From positions 470,590 through 534,589 of the forward strand of contig JAWKIM010000006.1 in NCBI GenBank assembly GCA_041394365.1: a DNA stretch of 64,000 nucleotides, written 5' to 3'. The stretch's first letter is position 1; every line of letters starts with the position of its first letter. Positions 41,816-51,176 of this stretch are shown in pieces. The notes under the pieces were generated by a model, which made no database searches, was not told where the DNA came from, and saw nothing but the letters and a program-made list of their open reading frames with translations. Both the position numbers and the translations under genes were made by a program. This DNA comes from Acidimicrobiales bacterium. GTDB taxonomy: Bacteria > Actinomycetota > Acidimicrobiia > Acidimicrobiales > CAIXPF01.

Positions 41816-43080
41816 AGCGTCAGCTCGGTCTCGGTGCGGGTGCGGGCCACGAGCCGGCCCCGGGCGAACACCAGCCGGTCACCGGGCGCCGACGCCACCG
41901 CCTCGCGCACCGTCGTCGCCCGGATGGCGAGCAGCTCGGCCGGGTCGCCCGGCGCCATCGTGACCGGCGGCAGGCCCATGGCCCGACGAGCCGCGTTGCT
42001 GATCGCCTCGTAGGCGTCCTCGGCGCTGAGGTGGGCGGCCATGACCAGCAGCGCGGCCGTCTCCAACGGGTCACCCCGGCCCACCGTGTTGAACGGATCC
42101 TGCAGGTTGTCGGCGCCGGCGGCCACGTTCACGCCCGCTTCGCGCAGCGCGGCGATGGCGGTCAGGCCCCGGGGTTGGGCGGTGCGGATGCCGCGGGCCT
42201 GGAGGAACAGGTTGGTCTGGGGCAGCGTCACCACCGAGATGCCCGCCGCCGCGGTCTCGGCGGCCACCTCGGCTTGGAGCTCGGGCGGTTGGATGCCGAG
42301 CGAGGTGCAGTGGCTGGCCACCACGCCGTGGCGGAAGCCGGTGGCGATGACCCGGCGGGCGAGGGTGCGCAGGTCGAGCGAGTGCGGGTCGAGGTTCTCG
42401 TCCATGTGCAGATCGAGGGGCTTGCCCCGCTCGGCGGCGGCTTCGAGGGCGAGCTCGAGGTGGGTGGTGCGGTCCGGGTCGATGTGCGGGCAGCCGCCGC
42501 CCACGTCCACGCCCAGATCGAGGGCTTCGGCCAGCAGCCGGCGGTTGGTGGCGCCCGCGTCGCCGCCGAGGGGCCGGCCGATGAGGGCGACGATCTGCAG
42601 GTCGAAGACCGGTGCGAGCTCGGCCTTGAGCTGCAGCAACGCCTCGACGCTGCGCAGCCCGATGAGCTCGTTGAGATCGACGTGGGTGCGGATGGCGGTG
42701 CAGCCGTGTGCCAGGTTGTGCAGGGCGGCGCGGCGGGCCCGACGGTGGATCTCCTCGACGGTGCGGTCTGGGTAGCGGGCCAGGTAGGCCTCGATGGCGC
42801 CGTGCAGGTCGCCGGCCGGGTTGGGGATGAGGTCGGCGGTGAGGGCCTTGTCGAGGTGGGCGTGGGGTTCGGCCGGGGCCGGGAGCAGGAGGTAGCCGTC
42901 GAGGTCGAGCTCGATGTCGAGGTCCGGGCCGGGGTCGGGGTCGGGGTCGGTGGGGCGTGGGGGGCCGGCGGGTCCGGCTGCGGCCGGCTCGATGGAGGCG
43001 ATGGTGCCATCGGAGGGTGAGAGGCGGACGTCGACCAGTCGGCCGTCGGCGAGGCGGGCGGAGCGCAGCAGCATGGCCGT
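41812..43080 (-). CDS. Amidohydrolase-superfamily protein (cytosine-deaminase-like).
   Basis: Metal-binding HAHLD motif, …HCTSL… and a TIM-barrel amidohydrolase layout. The real start is probably MLLRSARLADGR…, about 43070. Confidence 0.75.
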   Translation of the reverse strand, partial: TAMLLRSARLADGRLVDVRLSPSDGTIASIEPAAAGPAGPPRPTDPDPDPGPDLDIELDLDGYLLLPAPAEPHAHLDKALTADLIPNPAGDLHGAIEAYLARYPDRTVEEIHRRARRAALHNLAHGCTAIRTHVDLNELIGLRSVEALLQLKAELAPVFDLQIVALIGRPLGGDAGATNRRLLAEALDLGVDVGGGCPHIDPDRTTHLELALEAAAERGKPLDLHMDENLDPHSLDLRTLARRVIATGFRHGVVASHCTSLGIQPPELQAEVAAETAAAGISVVTLPQTNLFLQARGIRTAQPRGLTAIAALREAGVNVAAGADNLQDPFNTVGRGDPLETAALLVMAAHLSAEDAYEAISNAARRAMGLPPVTMAPGDPAELLAIRATTVREAVASAPGDRLVFARGRLVARTRTETELTL

Positions 43081-43336
43081 GCAGTCTGCCCCCGGCCGCC
43101 GGCGGGGCCCGAGCCGTACGGCGACGCTGACGACCGTCTGTCCAGCGGTCATCCGGCGGGCCGAGAACCCGCTACCCGGACAGACCTGCGCGTTCCCGGC
43201 GCGAGCCACCCCGCTCAGTCCATCGCGTGACGCAACGATGCTGGTCAAAGCCAGGCTGGTCCGACGGTGTCGAGCGCCCGCGTCGGGAACGCGCAGGTTT
43301 CAGGGCGCCCGGCACCGCTGGGGGTCGTGGTCGGCG

Positions 43337-43735
43337 TCAGCTCGGCTGGAGGAGTTGCACCACGTTGCCGTCCGGGTCTCGGAACGTGGCGATCCAGCCG
43401 CCCCGCGGCTCCTGCGACGGCTCCCGGGTGAAGGTGACGCCGTGGTGTCGGAGGTGGGCGGCGGTGCGGGCGATGTCGATGACGGCGAGGTTGATCATGA
43501 TGCGGAGCGGGTCGGTGGCAGCGCCGCTGAGCTCGGTGTGGATGCCGAGCGTGAGGCGCATGCCGTTCGGCCATTCGATGGCGAGGTGGCCCGGCCGGTC
43601 GGTGCGAACAGGCAGGCCCAGCGTGTCGCGGTAGAACGAGGCGAGGGCCGGGTAGCGCTCGGCCGTGGTCCAGATCAGCACGCCGTTGACCGGGCCGGGG
43701 GCGTCGGGGTGGGTGGTAGAAGAGCGGTCGACCAT
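43337..43735 (-). CDS. VOC (glyoxalase/bleomycin-resistance fold) family protein.
   Basis: 132-aa intact ORF with a VOC βαβββ pattern. Confidence 0.75.
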   Translation of the reverse strand: MVDRSSTTHPDAPGPVNGVLIWTTAERYPALASFYRDTLGLPVRTDRPGHLAIEWPNGMRLTLGIHTELSGAATDPLRIMINLAVIDIARTAAHLRHHGVTFTREPSQEPRGGWIATFRDPDGNVVQLLQPS

Positions 43736-43806
43736 GGGGCCAGTCCACCACCGGCAACCGGCTTGCCGCTCGCCGGGTATCGGCCGCTAGAGTGAGACGC
43801 CGACCT

Positions 43807-43880
43807 GCGCTCGTAGCTCAATTGGATAGAGCATCTGACTACGGATCAGAAGGTTGGGGGTTCGAGTCCCTCCGAGCGCG
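43807..43880 (+). tRNA. tRNA-Arg (anticodon ACG).
   Basis: Manual fold: acceptor GCGCTCG/CGAGCGC, D-arm GCTCAATTGGATAGAGC, anticodon stem TCTGA/TCAGA with loop CTACGGA, T-arm GGGGGTTCGAGTCCCTC. Confidence 0.9.
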
Positions 43881-44095
43881 CAGATCAAGCCCAGGTCAGA
43901 GTGGGTGTTCCTCGACCTGTGCTCGCTCGTGTTCGGGGTGGCATCTGACCCACGCTGGCTGATTGCGCCCAACTCCCAACGGCTTGGCGAAATCGAGGTC
44001 CAACGTGAACTCCTCCAACGTCAGGTCGCGCTTCCCGAAGGTGACTGGCGGGCGTAGCCCGGCAGGGCGAAGCGCCGGTGGCGTGGCCACTGTCG

Positions 44096-45476
44096 TCAGT
44101 CCCGCCACGGCATGGTGTTGAACGACACGAGGACGCGGGCGCGGTCAGCCGTGAGGTAGCTCTCGAGGGAGCCGGGCGGCGTGGCGGTGCTCCACATGGT
44201 CGAGCCGGTTGCCGTGTCCAGCGCAGAGAGGCGCCCGCCGCCGAGGAGGAAGGAGCGGTGTCCTTCGATCGCCTGGGGTGCGCCGAGGTAGTTGCCCGGA
44301 TCGATGGGCTGCTCCCAGCGCACCGCGCCGCTGCGCAGGTCGTAGGCCGTCGTACGCCCCGCAGCGTCGGTGCCCACGGTGGTGATGACGATGCCGTCCC
44401 CAACCGGCCAGAGATCGCCGTAGGTTGGGGCACCGGCCGCGGTCCACAGCGTCGTTCCGTCGTCGGCGTCGAGTGCTTGCAGCACGGGCCGGCGCATCGG
44501 AGGCAGGCTCACCGGAGCGTCGATGGTGGGTGGCGGGGACGCTTCGTAGATGTAGCCGACGACGGTTCCGTCCGCCGCCGCAGGATGATGCAGCACCGGG
44601 GCCCGCCACCGCTCCGTTCCGTCCTCGGTGTCGATCGCAACCGACAGGTAGGTGATCGTCGGAGGGAGCGAGCCGGGCGGGTGGAGCCCGGGTTCGGGTG
44701 TCTCGATGGTGGGCAGCACGATCATCGTCGATGTGTCGCTGGTGGCGACGGCGCTGGTGGCTCGCGACACGCCCACCTGCGAGGAATCGACGATCGTGAA
44801 CGGAATGGTCCAGCGTGTTGTTCCAGTGCGGCGGTCGAGCCCGGTGACGGTGTGGTCGGTGGCGAGGATCGTCATGTCCTCGGTGTTGGCGATCGGGCCC
44901 AGGGTGCCACTCGTGCCGGGGATGCTCGCCGGATCGACGCGCCAACGTTCGGCGCCCGTGGTGGCGTCGACGCCGATGATCGTGGTTGTGCCGCCGGTGT
45001 CGATGGGCAGCACGACGATGTCGCCGGCCGCGATCGGTCCCGGTGGCCGTCCCCACAGCCCGAACGAACCACCTCCAGCCAGCTCGCGCTCTCCACAACT
45101 CGCTACCGCTGCTGGCAAGCAGGGCGACGGCGTCGTGCTGCTGCGCCGGTGGGTTTCCGGTGGTGTCCTCGGTCAGCGAGGTCAGGAGCACGATCTGCGG
45201 CGAGGAGCCGACGATCTCCCGCCACGCCAACTCGGCGGAGCAGTACCACCAGGCCGGTTCCCCTCGGTCGAGCGAGTAGCTCGCCAGGGCCGGCGACGTG
45301 CCCGGGGCACACGACGAAGCCAGGCTGGTCAACGTCGGGGCGGGGCCGGTCGTCGACGAAGGCACGGCCGCGTCGGCGGTTGTGGTGGTCCCCGCCTCTC
45401 GAGTCGGCTGGCTTCCCCGCAGCCGGTCAGGGCCATGGCCACGACGAGCACCGATGTCCACGTTCGCACGGCGTTC
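44096..45476 (-). pseudogene. PQQ-like beta-propeller lipoprotein (BamB-like), at least two frameshifts.
   Basis: Lipoprotein signal MNAVRTWTSVLVVAMALTGCG at about 45476, then propeller repeats (…TGAERWR…, …DGTTLWT…, …SGAVRWEQ…) spread over two or three frames. Confidence 0.6.
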
Positions 45477-45837
45477 ATGCCCTGAACCTCCCGCGGCTGT
45501 GGATCCGCTGACCGGCTTCGATCCTCGCGCCGGACTCGCCGCGCTCGGAGAGTCCTCTGTCATCCGCAAGGGCGGCCGAATGTAGTTGCCCCCTTGCGAC
45601 CGACGGCAACGGCGCCCGGGTGCGCTGACCGATGCTCACTTGGCTCGCCTGTCCCAGCCCGGCACGGCAGCGGCGAACCGCGGGGTGCCCAGCTCCCCTG
45701 GGGACGGGTGTCGCACGCTGCGTGTGCGCCCTCGGCTTCCCGTTTCGTTAGGCTCTCGCTTCGAGCAAGCGCCGGAGGTGACAGGCCAGCTACGGGTTTC
45801 CGACAGTGCGCGTGGCAGAACTGATGGCGGAGGGGCC

Positions 45838-46805
45838 ATGGCAGCATCATTTCGGTTCGGTGGCTTGACAACGGCCGGCCCTCGGGAAGCGACGGAGCAG
45901 TTTGCTCGCACTGCCGAGACCGTTGGCCTCGACACGATCTTGATGGCGGACCATCTGATCGAGATCGCAGATGCGCCGACATCGCTGATGTTCATGGCCG
46001 ATCAAACCGATCGCATCCGCATCGGGACCTACGTGATGTGCGCCGACTTCCGGCACCCGGTGGTCATGGCCCGCGGCCTCGCCAACATCGACGAGCTCAG
46101 CGGGGGTCGCCTCGAGGTCGGGTTGAGAGCGGGCTACCTGCGCCGCGAGTACGAGGCCGCAGGCATTCCCCTTGCATCGGGAACGGTGCGCCTGGCCCGG
46201 TTGCAGGAGACCACTGCGATCGTGAAAGCGATGCTGACCACCAGCCCTGTGGAGTTCACCGGCAATCACTTCGCGCTCAGCGGGCAAGTTGCCTTTCCGG
46301 TCGCCCGACAGCGGCCACGCCCGCCCTTCTTGATCGGGGGTGGCGGGCCCAAGCTGCTCAGCTGGGCAGCGGCGGAAGCCGACATCGTGAGCTTCGTCCC
46401 GCAATCGGCAGTGGACGCAACCTGCGGGTGTCGACCATGACCGGCTCGGCCGTTGATGCACGCGTCGCACTCGTCAGGACGCTCGCCGGGGAGCGCGCAG
46501 ACGAGCTCGAGTTGAACACGCTGCTCTGGCATCTCGACATCACCGCCGACCGGCGCAGCGCCGCCGAACGATGGCTTGACAGCGTCCGCAACCAGAGCGG
46601 TGCCTACACGCGAGCCTTCACGTTCGACAGTGAGGTCACCGCAGCGGACATCCTCGACTCGCCCTACTTCGCCTTCGGGACCGTCGAGGACATCGTCGAG
46701 CACTTTCGTGCAATGCGAGCCCGGACAGGCATCTCGTACTGGGCGCTGATGCCGCACCACCTTGCGCCCTTCCTCCCTGTGCTCGAAGCGCTCAAGACCG
46801 GCTGA
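45838..46805 (+). CDS. LLM-class F420-dependent oxidoreductase (second paralogue); one frameshift at about 46430.
   Basis: MAASFRFGGL… luciferase-like barrel. The C-terminal part (…DSPYFAFGTVEDIVEHF…) continues in the frame of ORF 46038–46805. Confidence 0.7.
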
Positions 46806-46838
46806 ACGGCTCTCGGTGCAGGGACCGCCGGCCGCCCG

Positions 46839-47237
46839 ATGGCGATCGAGCTCCTCGAACTCGTTCCGTTGCGTGATGAGCTGGAGGCCTTGCCGCGCGA
46901 TCTGAAGGCGGCGCAGACGGAGATCAACCGGCTGCAGGGTCGGCTGGGTCCTGCTGCGCCGTACGGACACGTTTCTGGGGGCAGCCCGAGTTCGGCGACC
47001 ATGATCGGTGCGGCTGTCGACGACTACTCCTACCCCACCACGATCGCCAGGCACAGCGGTCGGTCCCCTCGCAACGAGCTCTGCTATGCGGCCCACGGCG
47101 AGGCTTCGTACCTGCTCGCTGATGGCGGTCGGTCAACGGACTGGGTGCCGAACCTACTGGCCGGTTTCCGTGACGATGGCCGACCGGCGGGAGTGGTCGA
47201 CGGGGAGCCGGGTGGTGGGGCACACTGGGTGGCGTGA
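46839..47237 (+). CDS. Hypothetical coiled-coil protein. Its N-terminus is paralogous to the N-terminus of the PrimPol-helicase at 48290.
   Basis: ELLELVPLRDELEALPRDLKAAQTEINRLQGRLG compared with EQHELARLREELEASRRDLQAAQAEIDRLRGLLG. Confidence 0.4.
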   Translation: MAIELLELVPLRDELEALPRDLKAAQTEINRLQGRLGPAAPYGHVSGGSPSSATMIGAAVDDYSYPTTIARHSGRSPRNELCYAAHGEASYLLADGGRSTDWVPNLLAGFRDDGRPAGVVDGEPGGGAHWVA

Positions 47238-47473
47238 CCGATGAGCTGCTGGCACGGATCGTGGTCGATCCGCAGATCTGTTTCGGGAAGCCGACGGTGC
47301 GCGGGCATCGGATCTGGGTTTCGCTGGTGCTCGGGTACCTGGCGGAGGGCTGGTCGGTCGAGCAGATCGTGGAGGAGTTCCCGGGTCTGGAGCCTCTCGA
47401 TGTTCGAGCGTGTGTCGCGTACGGGGCTCGGCTGGCCGACGTCCGTTTCGTTGACCTCGACGATGTGGCGTGA
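47234..47473 (+). CDS. DUF433-domain protein (putative antitoxin of a DUF433/DUF5615 pair).
   Basis: 79 aa, …RHSGRSPRNELCY… no; the diagnostic stretch is VDPQICFGKPTVRGHRIWVSLVLGYLAEGWSVEQIVEEF. It overlaps the next gene by 4 nt (ATGA). Confidence 0.75.
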   Translation: MTDELLARIVVDPQICFGKPTVRGHRIWVSLVLGYLAEGWSVEQIVEEFPGLEPLDVRACVAYGARLADVRFVDLDDVA

Positions 47474-47847
47474 GGTTCAAGCTCGACGAGAACCTCGGTC
47501 GGAGCGCGCTCGAAGCCTTCCGCAACGCCGGCCACGATGTCTCGAGCGTTGTGCTGCAGCACCTCGCCGGCGCGACGGATCAGCGGGTGCTCGCCGTCTG
47601 CGAGGTGGAGGGCCGTGTGCTCGTCACGTTGGACCTCGACTTCGCCAACCCGCTCCACCACGATCCTCGCGGCACGCCCGGCGTCGCGGTGCTGCGCCTA
47701 CCGGCGAACGCCGGCCCTTCTGATGTCGGGCGTGCGATCGAGACCCTGCTGGACGCGGTCGCCGCCCATGACATCGGGGGGTCGCTGTGGATCGTTCGCG
47801 CCGACCGCGTCCGGGTCTGGCAACCCACCTCGACCGACGGCGCGTGA
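47470..47847 (+). CDS. DUF5615-domain protein (PIN-like, putative toxin partner).
   Basis: MRFKLDENLGRSALEAFRNAGHDV… Mut7-C/PIN-like fold. It is translationally coupled to the DUF433 gene. Confidence 0.75.
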   Translation: MRFKLDENLGRSALEAFRNAGHDVSSVVLQHLAGATDQRVLAVCEVEGRVLVTLDLDFANPLHHDPRGTPGVAVLRLPANAGPSDVGRAIETLLDAVAAHDIGGSLWIVRADRVRVWQPTSTDGA

Positions 47848-48142
47848 GCGGCCGGCTCTGCTGGCGCCATCGCCCTCGTGGGCACGGTGGATACCGTTTA
47901 CAAGGGACGCCAGCTCGACGTCTCCTCACGGACGGTGGCCGGCTCACAGGTCTCCAGACGCCTCGCACCCGGCATGAACCGAGTTCCGGCGTGAGAACTG
48001 CCGTGAGAACCATCCGGCGGACAAACCCGGCCGCTGACGGTCGTCGAAGGGCAGCGATGGTCACACTATTCGCCCAGGCCAGGGTGCGTATCGGGCACTC
48101 ATGGTCGCTCCTGGTCGCTCGTCGTAACGGCGCTCGCGAGTT

Positions 48143-48184
48143 CTACGGATCAGAAGGTTGGGGTTCGAGTCCCTCCGAGCGCGC
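48143..48184 (+). repeat. 42-bp direct repeat of the tRNA-Arg 3' end (att-like island boundary).
   Basis: CTACGGATCAGAAGGTTGGGGTTCGAGTCCCTCCGAGCGCGC compared with tRNA positions 43839–43881. It differs only by a single G in the GGGGG run. Confidence 0.85.
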
Positions 48185-48289
48185 TGAGGACGACCAGGTG
48201 CAAGGCCCTTTCCTTCGGGGGAGGGCCTTCGTCGTTGACGGCCTCAACGGCGATGCCGGGTTGGTGCCGGTGGGTGGGATCATGGCCGG

Positions 48290-50716
48290 ATGGAGGGCCC
48301 GGGAACCGCCGAGCAGCACGAGTTGGCGCGGCTGCGCGAGGAGCTCGAGGCCTCTCGGCGCGACCTGCAGGCGGCGCAGGCGGAGATCGATCGGCTCCGG
48401 GGCTTGCTCGGCTTGGATCGCCCGGTACCCGAGGGGCCGGGCGACGGCCGGCTGTTCGTGCCCGATGCGCCGCCGACCGACGACGCTGACCCCGTCGCTC
48501 ACGCCGCCGCGGCCGGCAATGCCCCGGCCGGCGCTGCGGTGTCCCGGTCTTCGCCGCCCGGGGAGAAGTTGGCGTTGTTCCGCCGCCTGTTCGCCGCTCG
48601 CACCGATGTGTTCGCCCTGCGATGGGAGAACCGTTCGACGGGCAAGGCCGGGTGGATGCCGGCTCGCAACGGGGGCCGGGATGGGCCGTTGCGTCCCCTC
48701 ACCGAGGAGGTGCTGCGGGCCCATCTCGAGGGCCGAGACCACGTGGGCGTGTACCCGCTGCGCCACGGCGACGTGTGCACGGTGCTGGCGTGCGACTTCG
48801 ACGGCGCCTCGTGGGCGTTGGACGCCCGGGCCTTCCACGATGCGGCCATCGCCGCCGGTCTGCAGCCGCTGCTCGAACGCTCCCGTTCCGGTCAGGGTGC
48901 GCACGTCTGGCTGTGCTTCTCCCAGCCCGTTCCGGCCGCCTCGGCACGACGGTTGGGGGCCGGGCTGCTGCGTCGGGCCATGGATGAACGCGTCGAGCTC
49001 GATCTGGCGTCCTACGACCGGTTGTTCCCCTCGCAGGACCAGCTGCCCCGCCAGGGTTTCGGGAACCTGATCGCGCTGCCGTTGCAGGGCGAGTGCCGGC
49101 GCCGGGGCACGACGGTGTTCCTCGACCCGACCACGTTGGAACCGTTCGAAGACCAGTGGGCGGTGCTCGGTGCGGTCCGGCCGGCCGATCGGTCGACCGT
49201 GGAGCGGCTCGCCGACCAGCTCGACCCGTTCGAGCGCCCGGCCCGGCAACGTCCGCCTTTCGCCCGTGCGCCGGTGCCTTCGGTGGTGCGGGCCGAGCTC
49301 GGGGCCGGGGTCTCCTTCGATCGGATCGGGCTGCCGGCGTGGTTGGTGGCCGAGCTCAAGCATGCGGCCTCGCTGCCGAACGGCAGGTTCTTCGAGAAGC
49401 AGCGCCTGCGGTTCTCCACCTGGGACACGCCGAGGGTGATCCGCAGCTACCGGGAGTCGCTCGACCGGCTGGAGATACCGCGCGGTCTGCTCGAGCGGGC
49501 GCGCGGCATCGTCGAGGGTGCCGGTGCCGCGCTCGAGCTGTCCGACCGCCGCGTCATCGTGGAACCGTTCACCTTCCGGTTCGACGGGACGCTGCGGGCC
49601 GAGCAGCAGGCGGCCGTGGCGGCGCTGGCGGGTCACGACCACGGGATGCTCATCGCCCCGCCGGGCACCGGCAAGACCGTGATCGGCTGCGCCCTCATCG
49701 CCGCCCACCAGACGCCGACGTTGGTGTTGGTGGACCGTCGCCCGCTGGCGGAACAATGGCGGGAACGGCTCGGTATGTTCCTCGGCCTGCAGGCGCGCCA
49801 GATCGGCCAGAGCGGTGGCGGGCGCAGCCGACTGAGCGGCATCGTCGACATCGCCCTGCTGCAGTCGCTGGCCCGCCAACCCGACCGGGCCCTCGAGCTG
49901 TTCGGTCGCTACGGGCTGGTGATCGTCGACGAGTGCCACCACGCGCCGGCGGCCAGCTACGAGCCCATCCTGGCCGCCGCCACCACCCGCCGGTGGATCG
50001 GCCTGACCGCCACGCCGTTCCGGGCCGACCGCCTGGACCCGCTGATCGCCTTCTACTGCGGGCCCATCCGCCACGAGATCCCGGCGGAGAGCACGCCGAG
50101 CGCGTCGCTGCCGCGGCAGCTGCACGTGCACACCACCGAGCTGCACCTCGACGAGGACACCCCGCACATCCAGGACGTGTTCCGTGCCCTCGCCCACGAC
50201 GACGCCCGCAACCGTCTGATCGTCGAGCACCTGACCTCGCTGGCCCGGGAGGCACGGAAGGTCCTGGTGCTCTCCCAACGCAAGGACCACCTCGAAGCGC
50301 TCGCCGCCCTGCTCGACGCCGAGGGCCTCGATCCGGTCCTCCTCGTCGGTGGGCAGGGACGCAAGCTCAGCCGTGCCGTGATCGACGAGCTCGGCGAACG
50401 GGTCCGCGGCGCCGATGGGGTGCTGGCGCTGGCCACGGGCAGCTACCTGGGCGAGGGCTTCGACCTGCCGGGCCTCGACACGCTCGTACTCGCCTTCCCG
50501 GTGTCGTTCAAGGGTCGGATCATCCAGTACGTCGGCCGGCTGTTGCGCCCCGACCCCGCCAAGACCGACATCGTCGTGCACGACTACCACGACCCGCACG
50601 TAGCGGTGCTCGTGGCGATGGCCCGCAAACGGCTGGCCGCCTACCGGCAGCTCGGCTTCGTCACCCCCGCCCACCTGCCCGCCGTCCCGCCCAGCCGACC
50701 GGACGACGCCTTCTGA
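48290..50716 (+). CDS. Archaeo-eukaryotic primase (PrimPol-like) – SF2 DEAH-box helicase fusion protein with an N-terminal coiled coil.
   Basis: AEP motifs (GVYPL; TVLACDFDGASW = DxD; GAHVWLCF = sxH; FGNLIALPLQG), then Walker A PPGTGKT, DECH (VIVDECHH) and the helicase C-terminal domain. The ORF is intact at 808 aa. Confidence 0.8.
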   Translation: MEGPGTAEQHELARLREELEASRRDLQAAQAEIDRLRGLLGLDRPVPEGPGDGRLFVPDAPPTDDADPVAHAAAAGNAPAGAAVSRSSPPGEKLALFRRLFAARTDVFALRWENRSTGKAGWMPARNGGRDGPLRPLTEEVLRAHLEGRDHVGVYPLRHGDVCTVLACDFDGASWALDARAFHDAAIAAGLQPLLERSRSGQGAHVWLCFSQPVPAASARRLGAGLLRRAMDERVELDLASYDRLFPSQDQLPRQGFGNLIALPLQGECRRRGTTVFLDPTTLEPFEDQWAVLGAVRPADRSTVERLADQLDPFERPARQRPPFARAPVPSVVRAELGAGVSFDRIGLPAWLVAELKHAASLPNGRFFEKQRLRFSTWDTPRVIRSYRESLDRLEIPRGLLERARGIVEGAGAALELSDRRVIVEPFTFRFDGTLRAEQQAAVAALAGHDHGMLIAPPGTGKTVIGCALIAAHQTPTLVLVDRRPLAEQWRERLGMFLGLQARQIGQSGGGRSRLSGIVDIALLQSLARQPDRALELFGRYGLVIVDECHHAPAASYEPILAAATTRRWIGLTATPFRADRLDPLIAFYCGPIRHEIPAESTPSASLPRQLHVHTTELHLDEDTPHIQDVFRALAHDDARNRLIVEHLTSLAREARKVLVLSQRKDHLEALAALLDAEGLDPVLLVGGQGRKLSRAVIDELGERVRGADGVLALATGSYLGEGFDLPGLDTLVLAFPVSFKGRIIQYVGRLLRPDPAKTDIVVHDYHDPHVAVLVAMARKRLAAYRQLGFVTPAHLPAVPPSRPDDAF

Positions 50717-50802
50717 TCGGAGCCCGCCCGCGCGACCGATCGTGTCGCGGGCTGGGAGATGCGGTCGGCCGATCGACCACGGGCGACTCCGGTGGGGGCT
50801 CT

Positions 50803-50964
50803 CCGGCGTCCTTCGCGGTCGATTCGACGTCGATTCGCCTTGGTCGACCGGGGCGGGCGAGTCGGCCCCGTTCCGTGGCCGCCCGTGACCCCGGGGGCCC
50901 GGAGCGTCGCCTGACGTGCTGTGATGTTGTGTGTGGCGACCAATTCCGAATCGAGCTCGAATCG
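50803..50964. repeat. Palindromic MITE-like repeat, copy 3, between the PrimPol-helicase and the HelD-like genes.
   Basis: Arms CGATTCGACGTCGATTCG (50810–50827) and CGAATCGAGCTCGAATCG (50937–50954). Confidence 0.8.
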
Positions 50965-51176
50965 AGCGCGACGGATTTCCCACACACCCTGCCGAACCAG
51001 GGCACAGGACCGAGGAGACCAGCCCGTCTGCAGGGACCGAGCCGGCCAGCCCGTCGGCGGAGACCGAGCCGGCGCACCACGCGGCTCGCAGCGACGACCC
51101 GGGCCGGGCGGACCGCGCCCCGCGGCCTAGATTCGCGACGGTCCCGGCGCCCGGTCGGCGACCACCCCGAGGTGTG

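Noticed and set aside
34719-43248. A SARP regulator with MMPL transporter, creatininase and amidohydrolase as a possible secondary-metabolite gene cluster.
   Set aside because: No PKS, NRPS, terpene, RiPP or other core biosynthetic gene is present in the neighbourhood, so only a regulator and transporter can be called.
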